Below the pieces are notes generated by a model. That model worked only from the letters and a program-made list of their open reading frames with translations. It did not search any database and had not been told where the DNA came from. From the NCBI GenBank assembly GCA_030867685.1, contig JAQOWU010000008.1:1922001-1986000 (forward strand): a DNA stretch of 64,000 nucleotides, written 5' to 3'. The position numbers and the translations under genes were made by a program. Each line of letters begins with the position of its first letter. The stretch's first letter is position 1. Below are positions 31,981-42,681 of this stretch, one piece after another. The DNA is from Wickerhamiella versatilis. Taxonomy: Eukaryota.

Positions 31981-32119
31981 TTATTCTTAATGGTAAAAGC
32001 CCTTAATATAAAGTATTCGCTCACTTCACTGTCCAACTGGAATAATAAATAATAACATAAGCCAACGCTACCAAAACCCATTGCACGTGCAGGATTAAGG
32101 ACACAGGAGGGGTTCCGGG

Positions 32120-32974
32120 ATGCTTGAGCATAACTCTATACGTGTATTTCCCGACCTCAAGGTGGAGGAGCCACTGGACAGCATGCGGGAAGTTCGCCAT
32201 GCAATGAGACGCGCCTATATGGATGCCGCCTTGGATCTTGTAAGAACTAAAGAGTGTCTGAACGATATTCCTATAGAATCAAGAAACGCTATTTCGCAAG
32301 ACATATCCAAGCACGTTCTTAGCATTAATGAGGAATTCATAAAGCTTCTCGAACTTTTACGCAGTAACGCAATTCTTGAGGATACCTGGGAGGCAACGCG
32401 GACTGCGGCACGGACGTTCACGACACATGAAACTCTTACCATTGAGGACCTGCAGCAGGAAAGAAATCAGGTGCCGGATCTTGGAGAGGTATTCCTCGCA
32501 GAGCTCGAAAATACTGAGCAAACCTATGATCAGCGGGGAGAGCCTGAGGACCTCAGCCTTCGGTACCACGAGGGTGCTGAGGACTTCATTCGATTCCGTC
32601 GGGCGATAGCACATGCAGAGGAACCCCAGGCCCCGCCATTGGACAAGGAGGACGCGTTGGCCTGGTTGGACCCCGACATGATGGTGATGGTTGATCGGAC
32701 CGAACGCAGCTATCTCTGTAGCATCAGCGGCACGCTACTCACGGACCCGCTTACTGCACCATGCAAGCATTCCTTTAATCGGGACGCCATTTTGTCGTTA
32801 TTTGGCGATCAGCCCGATCAATCTCGAAAGTGCCCTATGATGGGCTGTGACCAGTTATTCCGCGTCCGTGATCTCAAGAGCGACTCCGCCGTGAGAGAGG
32901 CTGCATTGGCTTGGAAAGAGTCCCAAGATAGACAAAGGGCTCAACGCCAGACCACAATCGATCGACTAGCCTGA
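32120..32974 (+). CDS. MMS21: Smc5/6 SUMO E3 ligase Mms21/Nse2
   Basis: C-terminal SP-RING CSIS...PCKHSFNRDAI...CPMMGC after a helical region. Confidence 0.85.
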   Translation: MLEHNSIRVFPDLKVEEPLDSMREVRHAMRRAYMDAALDLVRTKECLNDIPIESRNAISQDISKHVLSINEEFIKLLELLRSNAILEDTWEATRTAARTFTTHETLTIEDLQQERNQVPDLGEVFLAELENTEQTYDQRGEPEDLSLRYHEGAEDFIRFRRAIAHAEEPQAPPLDKEDALAWLDPDMMVMVDRTERSYLCSISGTLLTDPLTAPCKHSFNRDAILSLFGDQPDQSRKCPMMGCDQLFRVRDLKSDSAVREAALAWKESQDRQRAQRQTTIDRLA

Positions 32975-33737
32975 CCAACCCACCTAGCTGCCCAACCTAA
33001 CTGGCTGGTAAATCTTTACCAGTATATCGAACTACACCCTCCCTCACTGGGATTCTATCTCTAACTTCCAATGCATTGAAATCAAGTCAAATCAAATCAG
33101 ATCAAGATATCCCGAGCAATGCTTGCATAAATTAGGGGTGGTTTTGGGCCATCTTGCATGTAATATTAATCTCTTTAGTTAGTGCTACTTTTTGCCGTAC
33201 AATTCAGCTTATATTTTATTTAACAGGCAAGTTATCACAAAAATAGTGTTCCAGGACGCGTAAAGTATGCTTTTATTTTTGTAAGTTCATTCAGCAGCTC
33301 GATAGGAGACAACCCTATCTATAAAAGCAATTGTCGCTATCGATCCGACTTGTCGCATGATATATAGTGATCCTAATATAGGTCGATTTACACAGGCCGT
33401 GGCATCGCCATCCTATTTTTCTCAGTTTCCTAGCAACGTGTTGTATGGCACAAAAATACCTGTGAAGGCAGCTCTCAACACAAAGTTATTCAGCTATTTC
33501 GTGGCACGACTAAACAACCCCTAACCCAAAAAGGTGGCAACAACCAGTGTACACAAGACCGAAAGGGGTGGAGAGGCCTGATGAAGGGAGCTCGAAATCG
33601 CCGTAAACGAATGTTCGGAAGTGCCCCCGTGACCATTCTAACCTTACCCACACCCGCGTCAGCAGGTCTTTTGTAAATCGCGGCGGCAGGTTAGCTTACG
33701 AAAGCAACCACCCCTTCACCTTCTCCCACAAACGTAA

Positions 33738-34706
33738 ATGGGCGACGTGCCGGAGGCGGACCTGGACAGCATAGTAGATCGTCTCTTGGAGGTGCGCGGG
33801 TCGCGCCCGGGCAAGGCGGTACATCTACAGGAATTTGAGATCCGCTACCTGTGCACGAAAGCGCGGGAGATTTTCATCCAGCAACCAATACTTTTGGAAC
33901 TTGAGGCGCCGATAAAGATCTGTGGCGATATACACGGGCAATATTATGACCTGCTGCGACTCTTCGAATATGGCGGATTCCCACCGGAGGCCAACTACTT
34001 ATTCCTCGGGGACTACGTGGACCGCGGAAAGCAAAGTCTCGAAACTATCTGTTTATTACTAGCATACAAGATTAAGTACCCGGAGAACTTCTTTATTTTG
34101 CGCGGTAACCATGAATCAGCGAGCGTGAACCGCATATATGGGTTCTATGACGAGTGCAAGCGGCGGTATAATATCAAGCTGTGGAGGACGTTCACTGATT
34201 GCTTCAACTGTCTGCCGATTGCTGCGATAATCGATGAAAAGATTCTAACCATGCACGGTGGGTTGAGCCCCGATCTGAAGAGTATGGAGCAGATTCGCCG
34301 CGTTATGAGACCCACGGATATTCCTGAGGTGGGGTTGCTTTGCGATCTGCTGTGGAGTGATCCAGATAAAGACATTGTTGGTTGGGGAGATAATGATCGA
34401 GGAATTAGTTTCACATTTGGACCCGACGTGGTTTCGCGATTTTTGCAACGACACGATTTAGATTTGATTTGTCGGGCACATCAAGTTGTGGAAGATGGCT
34501 ATGAGTTTTTCTCCAAGCGGCAGCTTGTCACCCTGTTCAGTGCTCCAAATTATTGCGGAGATTTTGATAATGCAGGGGCTATGATGTCGGTAGATGAAAG
34601 TCTGCTCTGCTCGTTCCAAATTCTGAAGCCAACTGAGAAAAAGAAAAAGATTGCGCAGAACACGCAGGGTCGCATAGCAACTTCTCCACGCAAGAAAAAG
34701 CCTTAA
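33738..34706 (+). CDS. GLC7: Protein phosphatase 1 catalytic subunit
   Basis: GDIHG, GDYVDRG, RGNHE and SAPNYC motifs; highly similar to PP1. Confidence 0.97.
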   Translation: MGDVPEADLDSIVDRLLEVRGSRPGKAVHLQEFEIRYLCTKAREIFIQQPILLELEAPIKICGDIHGQYYDLLRLFEYGGFPPEANYLFLGDYVDRGKQSLETICLLLAYKIKYPENFFILRGNHESASVNRIYGFYDECKRRYNIKLWRTFTDCFNCLPIAAIIDEKILTMHGGLSPDLKSMEQIRRVMRPTDIPEVGLLCDLLWSDPDKDIVGWGDNDRGISFTFGPDVVSRFLQRHDLDLICRAHQVVEDGYEFFSKRQLVTLFSAPNYCGDFDNAGAMMSVDESLLCSFQILKPTEKKKKIAQNTQGRIATSPRKKKP

Positions 34707-35053
34707 ATCTATTGAAAGGGTAGCAAAAAAGGGAAGTTTCCAAAATACTGTAATGCTGCTTTTTTGCGTGGCAGCCTCATCATTATTCTCTTCTGTTTTA
34801 AGTTGTTTCGTCCAGTACGGAGTGCAATTAGGTCTTATCAAGAGTCACTACAGTGAAACTTTTATAATCCGGAGCTCTACGTTCCTAACGCCACTAGTAT
34901 ACATATTGTCAAGAGCTTGAGACAACTAGTTTCAACCCTGTTTGGTAACAAAAATTGTGTGTGTGCAAAAGATTACGTATGTATGTATATTGTAGCATTC
35001 ATTTAGTTTGGCCATTTAGATTGTTCCCGCAAGGCATGATGCACCTACGGTTG

Positions 35054-36514
35054 TTATTGTGAGTTTAAGACTCCATTAAATACTGAATGGTCGATGACCG
35101 GGTTCCCGATCTCAGATTTGCATTGCTTTGCCACCTCTGTCCCGGGGAGTGTGTTGATAAGAATTAGACGAACCAGTTGAGCGTATTCTAGAGGGGCATT
35201 TGCGAAAAACCTTTGGTATTCCTGTCGATTTTGCTCGATATATGCCACGCAGAGCTCACCGCGCCCGTTCATTGCAGCCCTCACGGCTTCCTCAAAGGTA
35301 CCTGGCGTAGCCTTCTTTGCCTTGGCTTCTTTTGACTTAGTTTCCTTTGGCGCCTCCCTTGGTTTACCTTCTTTTGACTTAGTTTCCTTTGGCGTGGCTT
35401 CCTTTGGCGTGGCTTCCTTTGGTGTGGCTTCCTTTGGCGTGGCTTCCTTTGGTGTGGCTTCTTTTGGCGCCTTTGGCAGTTGATTTTCTTGCGATTCTAC
35501 TTCCTTTGTGGCCGATCTACTAGGCTTTTTTCTCTGAACGGGGCTTTGATGTCGCTGGGCTTGCAGGAGCTCAGTGATCTTATCATCTCTTTCCTTAAGC
35601 AGCTGTTCAAGTTCCTTGATCTTCCCCCGCGCTTCTTCAAGCTGGTCATTAGCATAACTAACTGGATCCTGATCTGAGGTAGCACCATCTAGACTATTTT
35701 GATTCATCAAGCCCATATCCTCCAGGGTCATGATATGAAGCTGCGAAACACCATTTTTGTGTTCGACATAAACATCCCATCCATCCGATGAGGCCACGAC
35801 AGCTATTTCCAAAGGAGTCAATGGCAAAGTTGTTACACGATGCGTACCATCAAATGTGATTGCATGCAGTGTGCTATCCCCACAGGCTGCCCAGAGAACC
35901 TGTTTTCTCTCATCAATACTGTGGCCTACCACAGGTGCCGGGAGAACATAAGATGTTTCATCGATACGTATAGTGCCATCTGGAACAATACAAATGTCTT
36001 CGGCATCAGTGTCTGCTATCGATGACCCATCTGGCGCGTCAACATTCACCCTGAACCGACCATTGAAAAAGTAAATCGGCTTTCCCTCGGCATACGGTGA
36101 TCCTGCCACCTTTTCACCATCCGAGTTAAGCTTTCTGGTCACCAACTGATCATCCTCTATCAATGCTGCATACCATGTATCTTTTCTGCGGACAACTTTA
36201 CGAAAAGAGTCTCCGTGAAATATGGAAGACGCCGTGATATCGTCATGATCTGCATCTGCATGTGGTACGACAAAAATTGCAATGCCTTTATCACCCAATG
36301 CAGCTATTTCAGAAGATGTTGAAAACGTAGGTGCGGAATAGATTTCAAGCAGGTTCCCAATTTCAGGAGGTACAATAAGGGTAGCCTGAGACGCATCTTC
36401 CAGAACCTCGGCAATCAAGGTCCCACTATTAGATGACGAGAATGCAACAACAGCGGGAACTGCTGTTAATAGTGGTGCAAATGGTGGGTCTAAAGATAAA
36501 GGAACAAGCTCCAT
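35054..36514 (-). CDS. Beta-rich N-terminus, coiled coil and KEATP repeats; possible reduced Edc4/Pdc1-like decapping scaffold
   Basis: ORF architecture; C-terminal TFEEAVRAAM...ELCVAY resembles the Edc4 C-terminal helical domain; first ATG at 36514. Confidence 0.4.
   Translation of the reverse strand: MELVPLSLDPPFAPLLTAVPAVVAFSSSNSGTLIAEVLEDASQATLIVPPEIGNLLEIYSAPTFSTSSEIAALGDKGIAIFVVPHADADHDDITASSIFHGDSFRKVVRRKDTWYAALIEDDQLVTRKLNSDGEKVAGSPYAEGKPIYFFNGRFRVNVDAPDGSSIADTDAEDICIVPDGTIRIDETSYVLPAPVVGHSIDERKQVLWAACGDSTLHAITFDGTHRVTTLPLTPLEIAVVASSDGWDVYVEHKNGVSQLHIMTLEDMGLMNQNSLDGATSDQDPVSYANDQLEEARGKIKELEQLLKERDDKITELLQAQRHQSPVQRKKPSRSATKEVESQENQLPKAPKEATPKEATPKEATPKEATPKEATPKETKSKEGKPREAPKETKSKEAKAKKATPGTFEEAVRAAMNGRGELCVAYIEQNRQEYQRFFANAPLEYAQLVRLILINTLPGTEVAKQCKSEIGNPVIDHSVFNGVLNSQ
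35384..35468. repeat. 15-bp coding minisatellite, about 5.5 copies, encoding (KEATP)n
   Basis: TTCCTTTGG(C/T)GTGGC repeated in tandem; an adjacent duplicated block encodes KETKSKE twice. Confidence 0.95.
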
Positions 36515-36579
36515 TTCGAAGCCGCTGCTGGATAGCACTGTAGTGACTCAGCGTGACGCCTTCTATTCCATCACTTTTG

Positions 36580-37497
36580 ATGGATACGTATACCCTGCGC
36601 AAGTGCTCGGTGGGGGAAGTATCGCAGTCAATTAGCTGGAGTCCACGTGATCCTTCGCTGCTTATTGGAGGTCGAAACTCTGTTTCGGTGGTTGATGTTG
36701 GGCCCACCAATATACAAACCGTGCAAAGAATAGCACACAATGGGGAGGTTTTAAAAGTCCTATGTGGATCAATGCAATATCAAATGATGGCTGCATTATC
36801 TGGAAAGAACCACAGGGTTTGTGTGTGGGACTTGCCTAAATATCCTAAACGGGCCACTGGTATACCCTTGCCCACGTATACTTTGGTGTCTCGCTCAGAA
36901 GCTGAAGTTTCTAATTTTGATTATTCCCAGGAGATAGCAGGTGGGTTCAGAAATGGTTTGATAGCTATATGGAGGCCCGAACTGGAAGAGGAAGTCTTAC
37001 CAGCAGAAGAATGGCAGGCACATAATTCTTCCATCCTTGATATTAAGTGGAATCCGTACAAAGCAGAGCTTTTAGCATCTATCTCCGACAAAAATAATTT
37101 ACGTGTGGATGACTTGCATAAAAATTCTCGATATTTACAAATTACTACACCCGAAGCACCTACAAGCTTTTCCTGGAACCAAGCTAACCCGAGCGTAGCT
37201 GCAACTTCAACGACTTCTGGTGTAGATCTATGGGATCTACGTACTCCAGGTGCTATCATCCACCATATTTCGATTTCTGATCCCGGTAAAGTGGAGTGGT
37301 CTCCTCATGCACCGGCTTCTTTTGCAGTGGCATCTGGATGTGACCTGATTGTTTATGACTCGAAAATGTTTGCTCCAAGTTTTCGGCACAAGATGTCTAG
37401 CCTCCTTTGTGATTTTAGCTGGTCTAAATACTGGGATTCCATGTTATGTTCTATCGATAACAATAGAGGGCTTGACATATTCAGAGCGACTGCATGA
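36580..37497 (+). CDS. WD40 protein of the RbAp48/Hat2/Msi1 family, divergent
   Basis: QRIAHNGEV (compare HxGEVNR), DIKWNP, LWDLR, VEWSPH and DFSWS repeats; first ATG at 36580. Confidence 0.65.
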   Translation: MDTYTLRKCSVGEVSQSISWSPRDPSLLIGGRNSVSVVDVGPTNIQTVQRIAHNGEVLKVLCGSMQYQMMAALSGKNHRVCVWDLPKYPKRATGIPLPTYTLVSRSEAEVSNFDYSQEIAGGFRNGLIAIWRPELEEEVLPAEEWQAHNSSILDIKWNPYKAELLASISDKNNLRVDDLHKNSRYLQITTPEAPTSFSWNQANPSVAATSTTSGVDLWDLRTPGAIIHHISISDPGKVEWSPHAPASFAVASGCDLIVYDSKMFAPSFRHKMSSLLCDFSWSKYWDSMLCSIDNNRGLDIFRATA

Positions 37498-37640
37498 TTT
37501 TGAAGAGAAAAAAGTCGTAGAATCGAACAAAAACTTTCTTAAGACTTAGCTGTATTATCATAATTCTAATTTTATGAAATTCGTCAGGGCTCAGGAGCCT
37601 ATGTATTGTCCTGTTCACCATCCTCCTACCTGACTGTCAT

Positions 37641-38615
37641 ATGACAGTAATCCCGCGCCCACTCCAGGAGCGTATTGACGCGCTCTGTTCTAGGGATGCT
37701 GGTGCGAAAGCAGTAATCAATGACCTGATACGACACTTAAGCTCCACTGAGTCGACAAAGAAAGTTTCCCACCTTGATCTGGGTGACGATGTCAAAGTGT
37801 TCCATGGCCTATCGATGACCCTGCCAGAAAGACGAAAGATTGACCTTTCCGTAGGCACAAAGGGCTTCTCTGCAAATGTTCAGGGTTCTCCAATTGTGGA
37901 GGATCCCTGGAAGGAGTACAATGTTCTTCTCCTCCTTGCCCTTCCGAAAAAGCTGAAACAAACCTGGAACCTGGTGCTAACCAACCTCGCGGGTGCCGGC
38001 CCATGGGCAGTGATAAATATAGGTGAATTATCTGCCGATAAGAGTCTTGACGATGCTCAGCCTACGGAGTCTTTGCGTGACGCGCTAATGCGTACTATGA
38101 GTGCGCATGTCCGATATGCGATTGACCAGCCAGTTGATTCTATGATAGCTTACGTCGGTGCGAAGGAAGGAATTCTCTATTTAATGGACGATTTAATCTT
38201 TTTTGGATTCAAAAAGCCTCTTGTACTAGTCTGGCTAGCCGAAATAGAATCGGTGAGTTTCACTGTAGTGACAAGTCGCACCTTCAATATTGTGATACAA
38301 ACTGTTGAGGAGGCTGAATTTGAGTTCGCAATGATCTCTCATGAGAAATTTGATTCACTGCACAAATATATTGAAGAAAAAGGATTAAGTGATCGTAGTT
38401 TGGCCGAGGAGCGCAAGGCCAAGAGAGCGCGAATAGCTGATGAAGAGGAGCAAAGTGTACTCAAGGAAGCAGCTGCTGAGCTAGACTCCGAGGAGGAGGC
38501 TGCCGGTCCCAATTTTGAGGCCGAAACATCTGAATCCGAGTCCGGCTCCGAGGGAGAGGAAGATGGCGGAGAGGAAGACGAGGACGACGGCGAGAACGAC
38601 GACGAGGATGAATAG
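37641..38615 (+). CDS. RTT106: Histone chaperone Rtt106
   Basis: GAKEGILYL...FFGFKKP...ESVSFTVVTSRTFNI...EFEFAMI PH domain plus acidic tail. Confidence 0.9.
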   Translation: MTVIPRPLQERIDALCSRDAGAKAVINDLIRHLSSTESTKKVSHLDLGDDVKVFHGLSMTLPERRKIDLSVGTKGFSANVQGSPIVEDPWKEYNVLLLLALPKKLKQTWNLVLTNLAGAGPWAVINIGELSADKSLDDAQPTESLRDALMRTMSAHVRYAIDQPVDSMIAYVGAKEGILYLMDDLIFFGFKKPLVLVWLAEIESVSFTVVTSRTFNIVIQTVEEAEFEFAMISHEKFDSLHKYIEEKGLSDRSLAEERKAKRARIADEEEQSVLKEAAAELDSEEEAAGPNFEAETSESESGSEGEEDGGEEDEDDGENDDEDE

Positions 38616-38686
38616 AATAGGATGTAATAGAATAGAATAAGTAACGTTAAAATGGAGTTTTTGTACTTGGAAGAGTAAAATCTTGT

Positions 38687-39061
38687 TCATCGTAGCGAGG
38701 CAAGACATTTCCTCGCAAATTCAAGAACTTGTTCAAGATTCCGACCTTCAATCTTGAAATCAGCATCACGGTAACGTTGCCACACTGGGCTAGAATAAAA
38801 CGCGTCATCCTTGTCTTCTACCGAGGCATGTACTAATGCTACGGCTTTCGCAGTAAGAAATGGATCCTTCGACACGAGATCGTCCTCAGATAACCGGAGA
38901 AGTTCATCCCGAATGCTGGAAACCACCTGCGAAAGTTGGCGAGCAGCTTGAGTTTCTGAATGTACGCTATCTGAAACAGCCAATATGTTCGACGGAACTT
39001 TAATGGGTTCATTAGACGGTTCAAAGTCTTCATCCCATGTTTCACTGGTATCTGCCATCAT
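38687..39061 (-). CDS. Hypothetical protein with ETWDEDFE motif
   Basis: ATG-initiated 124-aa ORF filling the gap; plausible helical protein. Confidence 0.65.
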   Translation of the reverse strand: MMADTSETWDEDFEPSNEPIKVPSNILAVSDSVHSETQAARQLSQVVSSIRDELLRLSEDDLVSKDPFLTAKAVALVHASVEDKDDAFYSSPVWQRYRDADFKIEGRNLEQVLEFARKCLASLR

Positions 39062-39335
39062 TCCGCGTCATATGACTAATGGATCCGGATCCTATCACAG
39101 AAAATATACAAGCATCGACTGTTGAATCAGTGCATACTGATAGATGTACAAGTAGTTTCAGCCAGCAGCTTTAAATTTCTGTTTTCTAGAAAAATGTTCA
39201 TATTATTATTGACAAGGATGTTTTACATTAGATGATTCGTAGATGTTTCATTAAGACAAAAAAATGCAGTAAATTAGGCCAAGTACTTTCGACGGATTCC
39301 TATAACATAACATTGCAACCAGGCAATATTCCCAA

Positions 39336-40286
39336 TTAAGGAGGTGCCATCATAGATGGCGGAGGAAGAAATAGTTCGAGATCCACAGAGGGGCGCGAAA
39401 AAGCATCCAAGAGGTCTGATTCTGTATCGAGAATCGTACCACTCATAAGATCGCGAATGCGTACGACATCATCGGGATGTATATGGAATGTTTTTCGCGC
39501 ATTTTCTAAAATCTCTGAAAGTGTTGGTGGAGTATTTTTACGAGGTGAATAAGTTAATTTCAACACATGACCACAATATCGAATAGTAACCCATTTATCC
39601 TGCAAGTTCGACGTAAACTCGTTAGATAACAACGACGGCAACGGTATATGAGCATCCATAGAAGAAGGATCGCCATTGGTCACGCGTATAAGTTCGATGA
39701 GGGCCCCAACAAATAGATCCATTGCAGAGTGATAATTTACGATGATTGCGGCACCTATGAATTCAGCAAAAGAATTTGCATTTGATGAGGCGGCCTGTTG
39801 GATTGTCACGCCGAGCTTTCCGAGAAGGTTGTCTTTCAAAGAATGCAGTAGGGATGGGTGTGCAGTTTTTTCGCACGCCAGTGTCGAGGCCAATAAAATT
39901 GTTGCCTCACCAGCCAAATGGCTTGATTCATCAAACACCCCTTGATGGGCTAAGCCTTTGAGGCCATGCAGAGCTTGCTCCAGATCCAGCGGGGGTCGCT
40001 GGGCATACCGGGATGGTCTGCGATGGTTTCTACGGACACTTTGAACCCCGGCAATAATAAGTTTTTCAAAATCTAATTCAAAAGATGGATGGTACCCGTA
40101 CTCCTTGCATAGGGAGGACGCAACATGCTTTATTTCCTCCTCTTGCTCCGAGGCTTTGCGTGAGCCCAAGTGTAATGTGTGAATTATGTTAAGTCTTTTT
40201 ACGCAAAATTGTTTCCATACCGCGTCATCATGAAAGCCTAGCTTTTGCCGTAGTGCAAGAGTAGTGTCTGGCCGTGGGCTGCTCAT
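39336..40286 (-). CDS. VHR1: Vhr1-family transcription factor
   Basis: TLALRQKLGFHDDAVWKQF...RKASEQ...FEKLIIAGVQSVRRN Vhr1 domain; first ATG at 40286. Confidence 0.85.
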   Translation of the reverse strand: MSSPRPDTTLALRQKLGFHDDAVWKQFCVKRLNIIHTLHLGSRKASEQEEEIKHVASSLCKEYGYHPSFELDFEKLIIAGVQSVRRNHRRPSRYAQRPPLDLEQALHGLKGLAHQGVFDESSHLAGEATILLASTLACEKTAHPSLLHSLKDNLLGKLGVTIQQAASSNANSFAEFIGAAIIVNYHSAMDLFVGALIELIRVTNGDPSSMDAHIPLPSLLSNEFTSNLQDKWVTIRYCGHVLKLTYSPRKNTPPTLSEILENARKTFHIHPDDVVRIRDLMSGTILDTESDLLDAFSRPSVDLELFLPPPSMMAPP

Positions 40287-40853
40287 ATGACTACAGTAAG
40301 CCAAAAGATACTACCCCCCCCCCGGTGATACTTAAGGAGCATGTAATACTGATTTGCGCTAAATCTATTAATATAAAACTTCTCACGAGACTAAATACCA
40401 TCCTTGCAATTATTTGCAATTATTTGCTCGTTAAATAATCGTTATCGAGTACCAATCTCCAGTGATGTTGGGCCGTTATCAGAAACATATATATGCTAGT
40501 TAAAACTGGTCTTCACGAATAGCGCAATCAGTATTCTATGCATATACGTGTTGTGAATCAACTATCATGGAATATTTAAACTCTCTATAAGATATCGTGA
40601 ATTCTTAGATTCATAATAAACATTTCTTGAGTTCTATGTATGTATGATTGAGACACGTCTGCTGCAAGCTCGGTAGAAAAGATCTCGAATTTTTTCTCCC
40701 GATACCACATACAGAAAACACGCACACGCTGCAGATTCGAAGTTAAGACTGCCCAATCGATCGTGTTAACTAACTGGTGTCGAATAATCCTCGCATTCCA
40801 GTTACTAATAGGGGAAGGAAGCACGAGAAACATAAACGGTGTGGCTTGTTTGA

Positions 40854-41762
40854 ATGGGACGAGATCTTCCAGATTTCAATGCAGAATCACCACTGGACAA
40901 GATCTCAAGGTCACGAACATCGCTTAATAGTACAGCATCGCGTCAGAGCTCCTACATCTTAGATGCGTTTCCCATAAGTCCTGATCTGCACTCACTCCCA
41001 CATCAAAGCTCACAGAGTCAAGAATCGCCTACGAACAATGATATCGACTTTGACTGGGGATTTCAACCGCAGAAACCACGGGAAAGATTAATTGACAGGT
41101 TACAGTTGGACTCTTCACACCAGTATTCAGCCCCACCGCGGCCGGCTCGACCACCTCACCATGGGCCATCAAATAGTTGGGATGGCACATCTCAACAACT
41201 CACTGGTAAGACAACCCCACATCATAATACTTTGGCCTGGAAAAATTTGTCCGAACGCAGTCATCAAAACGGACACCATGCTTCTGTGACACTACCACAA
41301 CAATCGGTAGTTGAGATGTCGTGGACCCCAGAGCAGCGGATCCAACTAGGAGCGGCAGCTATTGATGTAAATCCGGCTATGGCTCTTGCTCATTGGGAAA
41401 TCTCGGCAAAGCAAGGCCACAAAGTTGCACCGTTGCTTTATGAACTCGCTCGGTCTCAATGGGGGGAGAACTGTTCCCTAGTGCACCATAGTACGATAAA
41501 CTCAGTCGATGCTACGGAGCTCAAAAATCATGTTCCGCGCAAGCTTCTTCCACGAGTTGCTCAGGCACTGTTTACAGTTGGTATAGGGGAGTTGAAGAAA
41601 CATAATGAATTGCAAGCGTTGAAGTCATATGAGCTTGCCGGAAATCTTGGTTCTCCTGAAGGAATGTGCGCTGCAGCATCTATGTATATGCGGGGTGGAA
41701 GGCAATATTCCCGTGATGTTATAAGAGCACGTCATCTTTACAGGGAAGCAGGAGTCAAATAA
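40854..41762 (+). CDS. Sel1-repeat protein (Dsf2/Nif1-like)
   Basis: Disordered N-terminus; C-terminal ALKSYELAGNLGSPEGM...RARHLYREA Sel1 repeats. Confidence 0.65.
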   Translation: MGRDLPDFNAESPLDKISRSRTSLNSTASRQSSYILDAFPISPDLHSLPHQSSQSQESPTNNDIDFDWGFQPQKPRERLIDRLQLDSSHQYSAPPRPARPPHHGPSNSWDGTSQQLTGKTTPHHNTLAWKNLSERSHQNGHHASVTLPQQSVVEMSWTPEQRIQLGAAAIDVNPAMALAHWEISAKQGHKVAPLLYELARSQWGENCSLVHHSTINSVDATELKNHVPRKLLPRVAQALFTVGIGELKKHNELQALKSYELAGNLGSPEGMCAAASMYMRGGRQYSRDVIRARHLYREAGVK

Positions 41763-42025
41763 TGATTTGTGTACTAATGGAAATGACTTTTTTTGATTTA
41801 ATATAGTCAACTATCAGGATAATGCCATAATGTAGTGGCATGTTTATGGTAAGAACGTAAAAATTTTGGCACATAACGAAATAGGCTTATGAAGTTGTAG
41901 TTACTTCGCCAATGCGAAATGCTCTCTCATCACGTTTTGAAAAATAAGTAGGTCTAATACTTATGAATCCATTATCCTACCTTGCTCCAATATCTACAAT
42001 TGTATGGTAAAATCAAGCAAATGCC

Positions 42026-42364
42026 CTACCGCTTAGAGCTGCAACAACCTCCCCCGCTGGGAAACTCAGAGAGGTTGCTCCCAAATCGACTATCATTGTC
42101 ACCCAACTCACTCTCCTTGTTAAATCTCAATCTAAACTTCGCCTCCTCTTCCTTGGTTCCCTGGACCACATTACTTCGTAGAAGTCTAGAGACATCTTTC
42201 GCTAGCTGAAGTTTCTTTGAAAGTTCTGATGGATCAATTTTGGTACGATACTCGGTCCTAATACGGTTGTGTGCTTGATTTAGAGCGTATTGATCACCCT
42301 CAAATGCTAGATTCGCTGCTCGCCACAGGCCACGGTAAGTCTTTAGAATCTTCGTTGTCGACAT
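42026..42364 (-). CDS. MZM1: Mitochondrial LYR protein, Rieske chaperone
   Basis: YRGLWRAANLAFEGD...LRSNVVQG...ELGDNDS. Confidence 0.92.
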   Translation of the reverse strand: MSTTKILKTYRGLWRAANLAFEGDQYALNQAHNRIRTEYRTKIDPSELSKKLQLAKDVSRLLRSNVVQGTKEEEAKFRLRFNKESELGDNDSRFGSNLSEFPSGGGCCSSKR

Positions 42365-42496
42365 TATTTCACTGGTTCAACCCTAGCCCTCTGTGGCCAG
42401 TTCCGTTTAATGGGAGAGTAGTAGTGCTTGCTAGCTCCAAATTAGGATTTTGTTAGAGTATATGTTTTTTGTTTGGCATTTTTTTTGTTCAATTTT

Positions 42497-42681
42497 ATTT
42501 CTCGGATTCTTTTCTGTGTAGCTTTCAAGGCATACTCAGCTTTTGTTTTCGAGATCAACTCTAGATAAGTACATGGCTTTATTTAACTGCGTATATTTAA
42601 TTCTTGTCATTACTCTTATCATAGTATTGAGTACGCTGGTAAAGGATTGTGAAACAAGCCAAATATGGATTAGGAACATTT
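42497..42681 (+). ncRNA. Candidate intron-encoded box H/ACA snoRNA (snR189-like)
   Basis: Two-hairpin layout, H box AGATCA at 42552, ACA at 42676, branch GACTAAC at 42698, putative donor GTATAT at 42458. Confidence 0.5.

Noticed and set aside
31991-32001. Minus-strand GCTTTTACCA resembling U5 loop I
   Set aside because: Does not match GCCTTTTAC, and there is no U5 stem or Sm site
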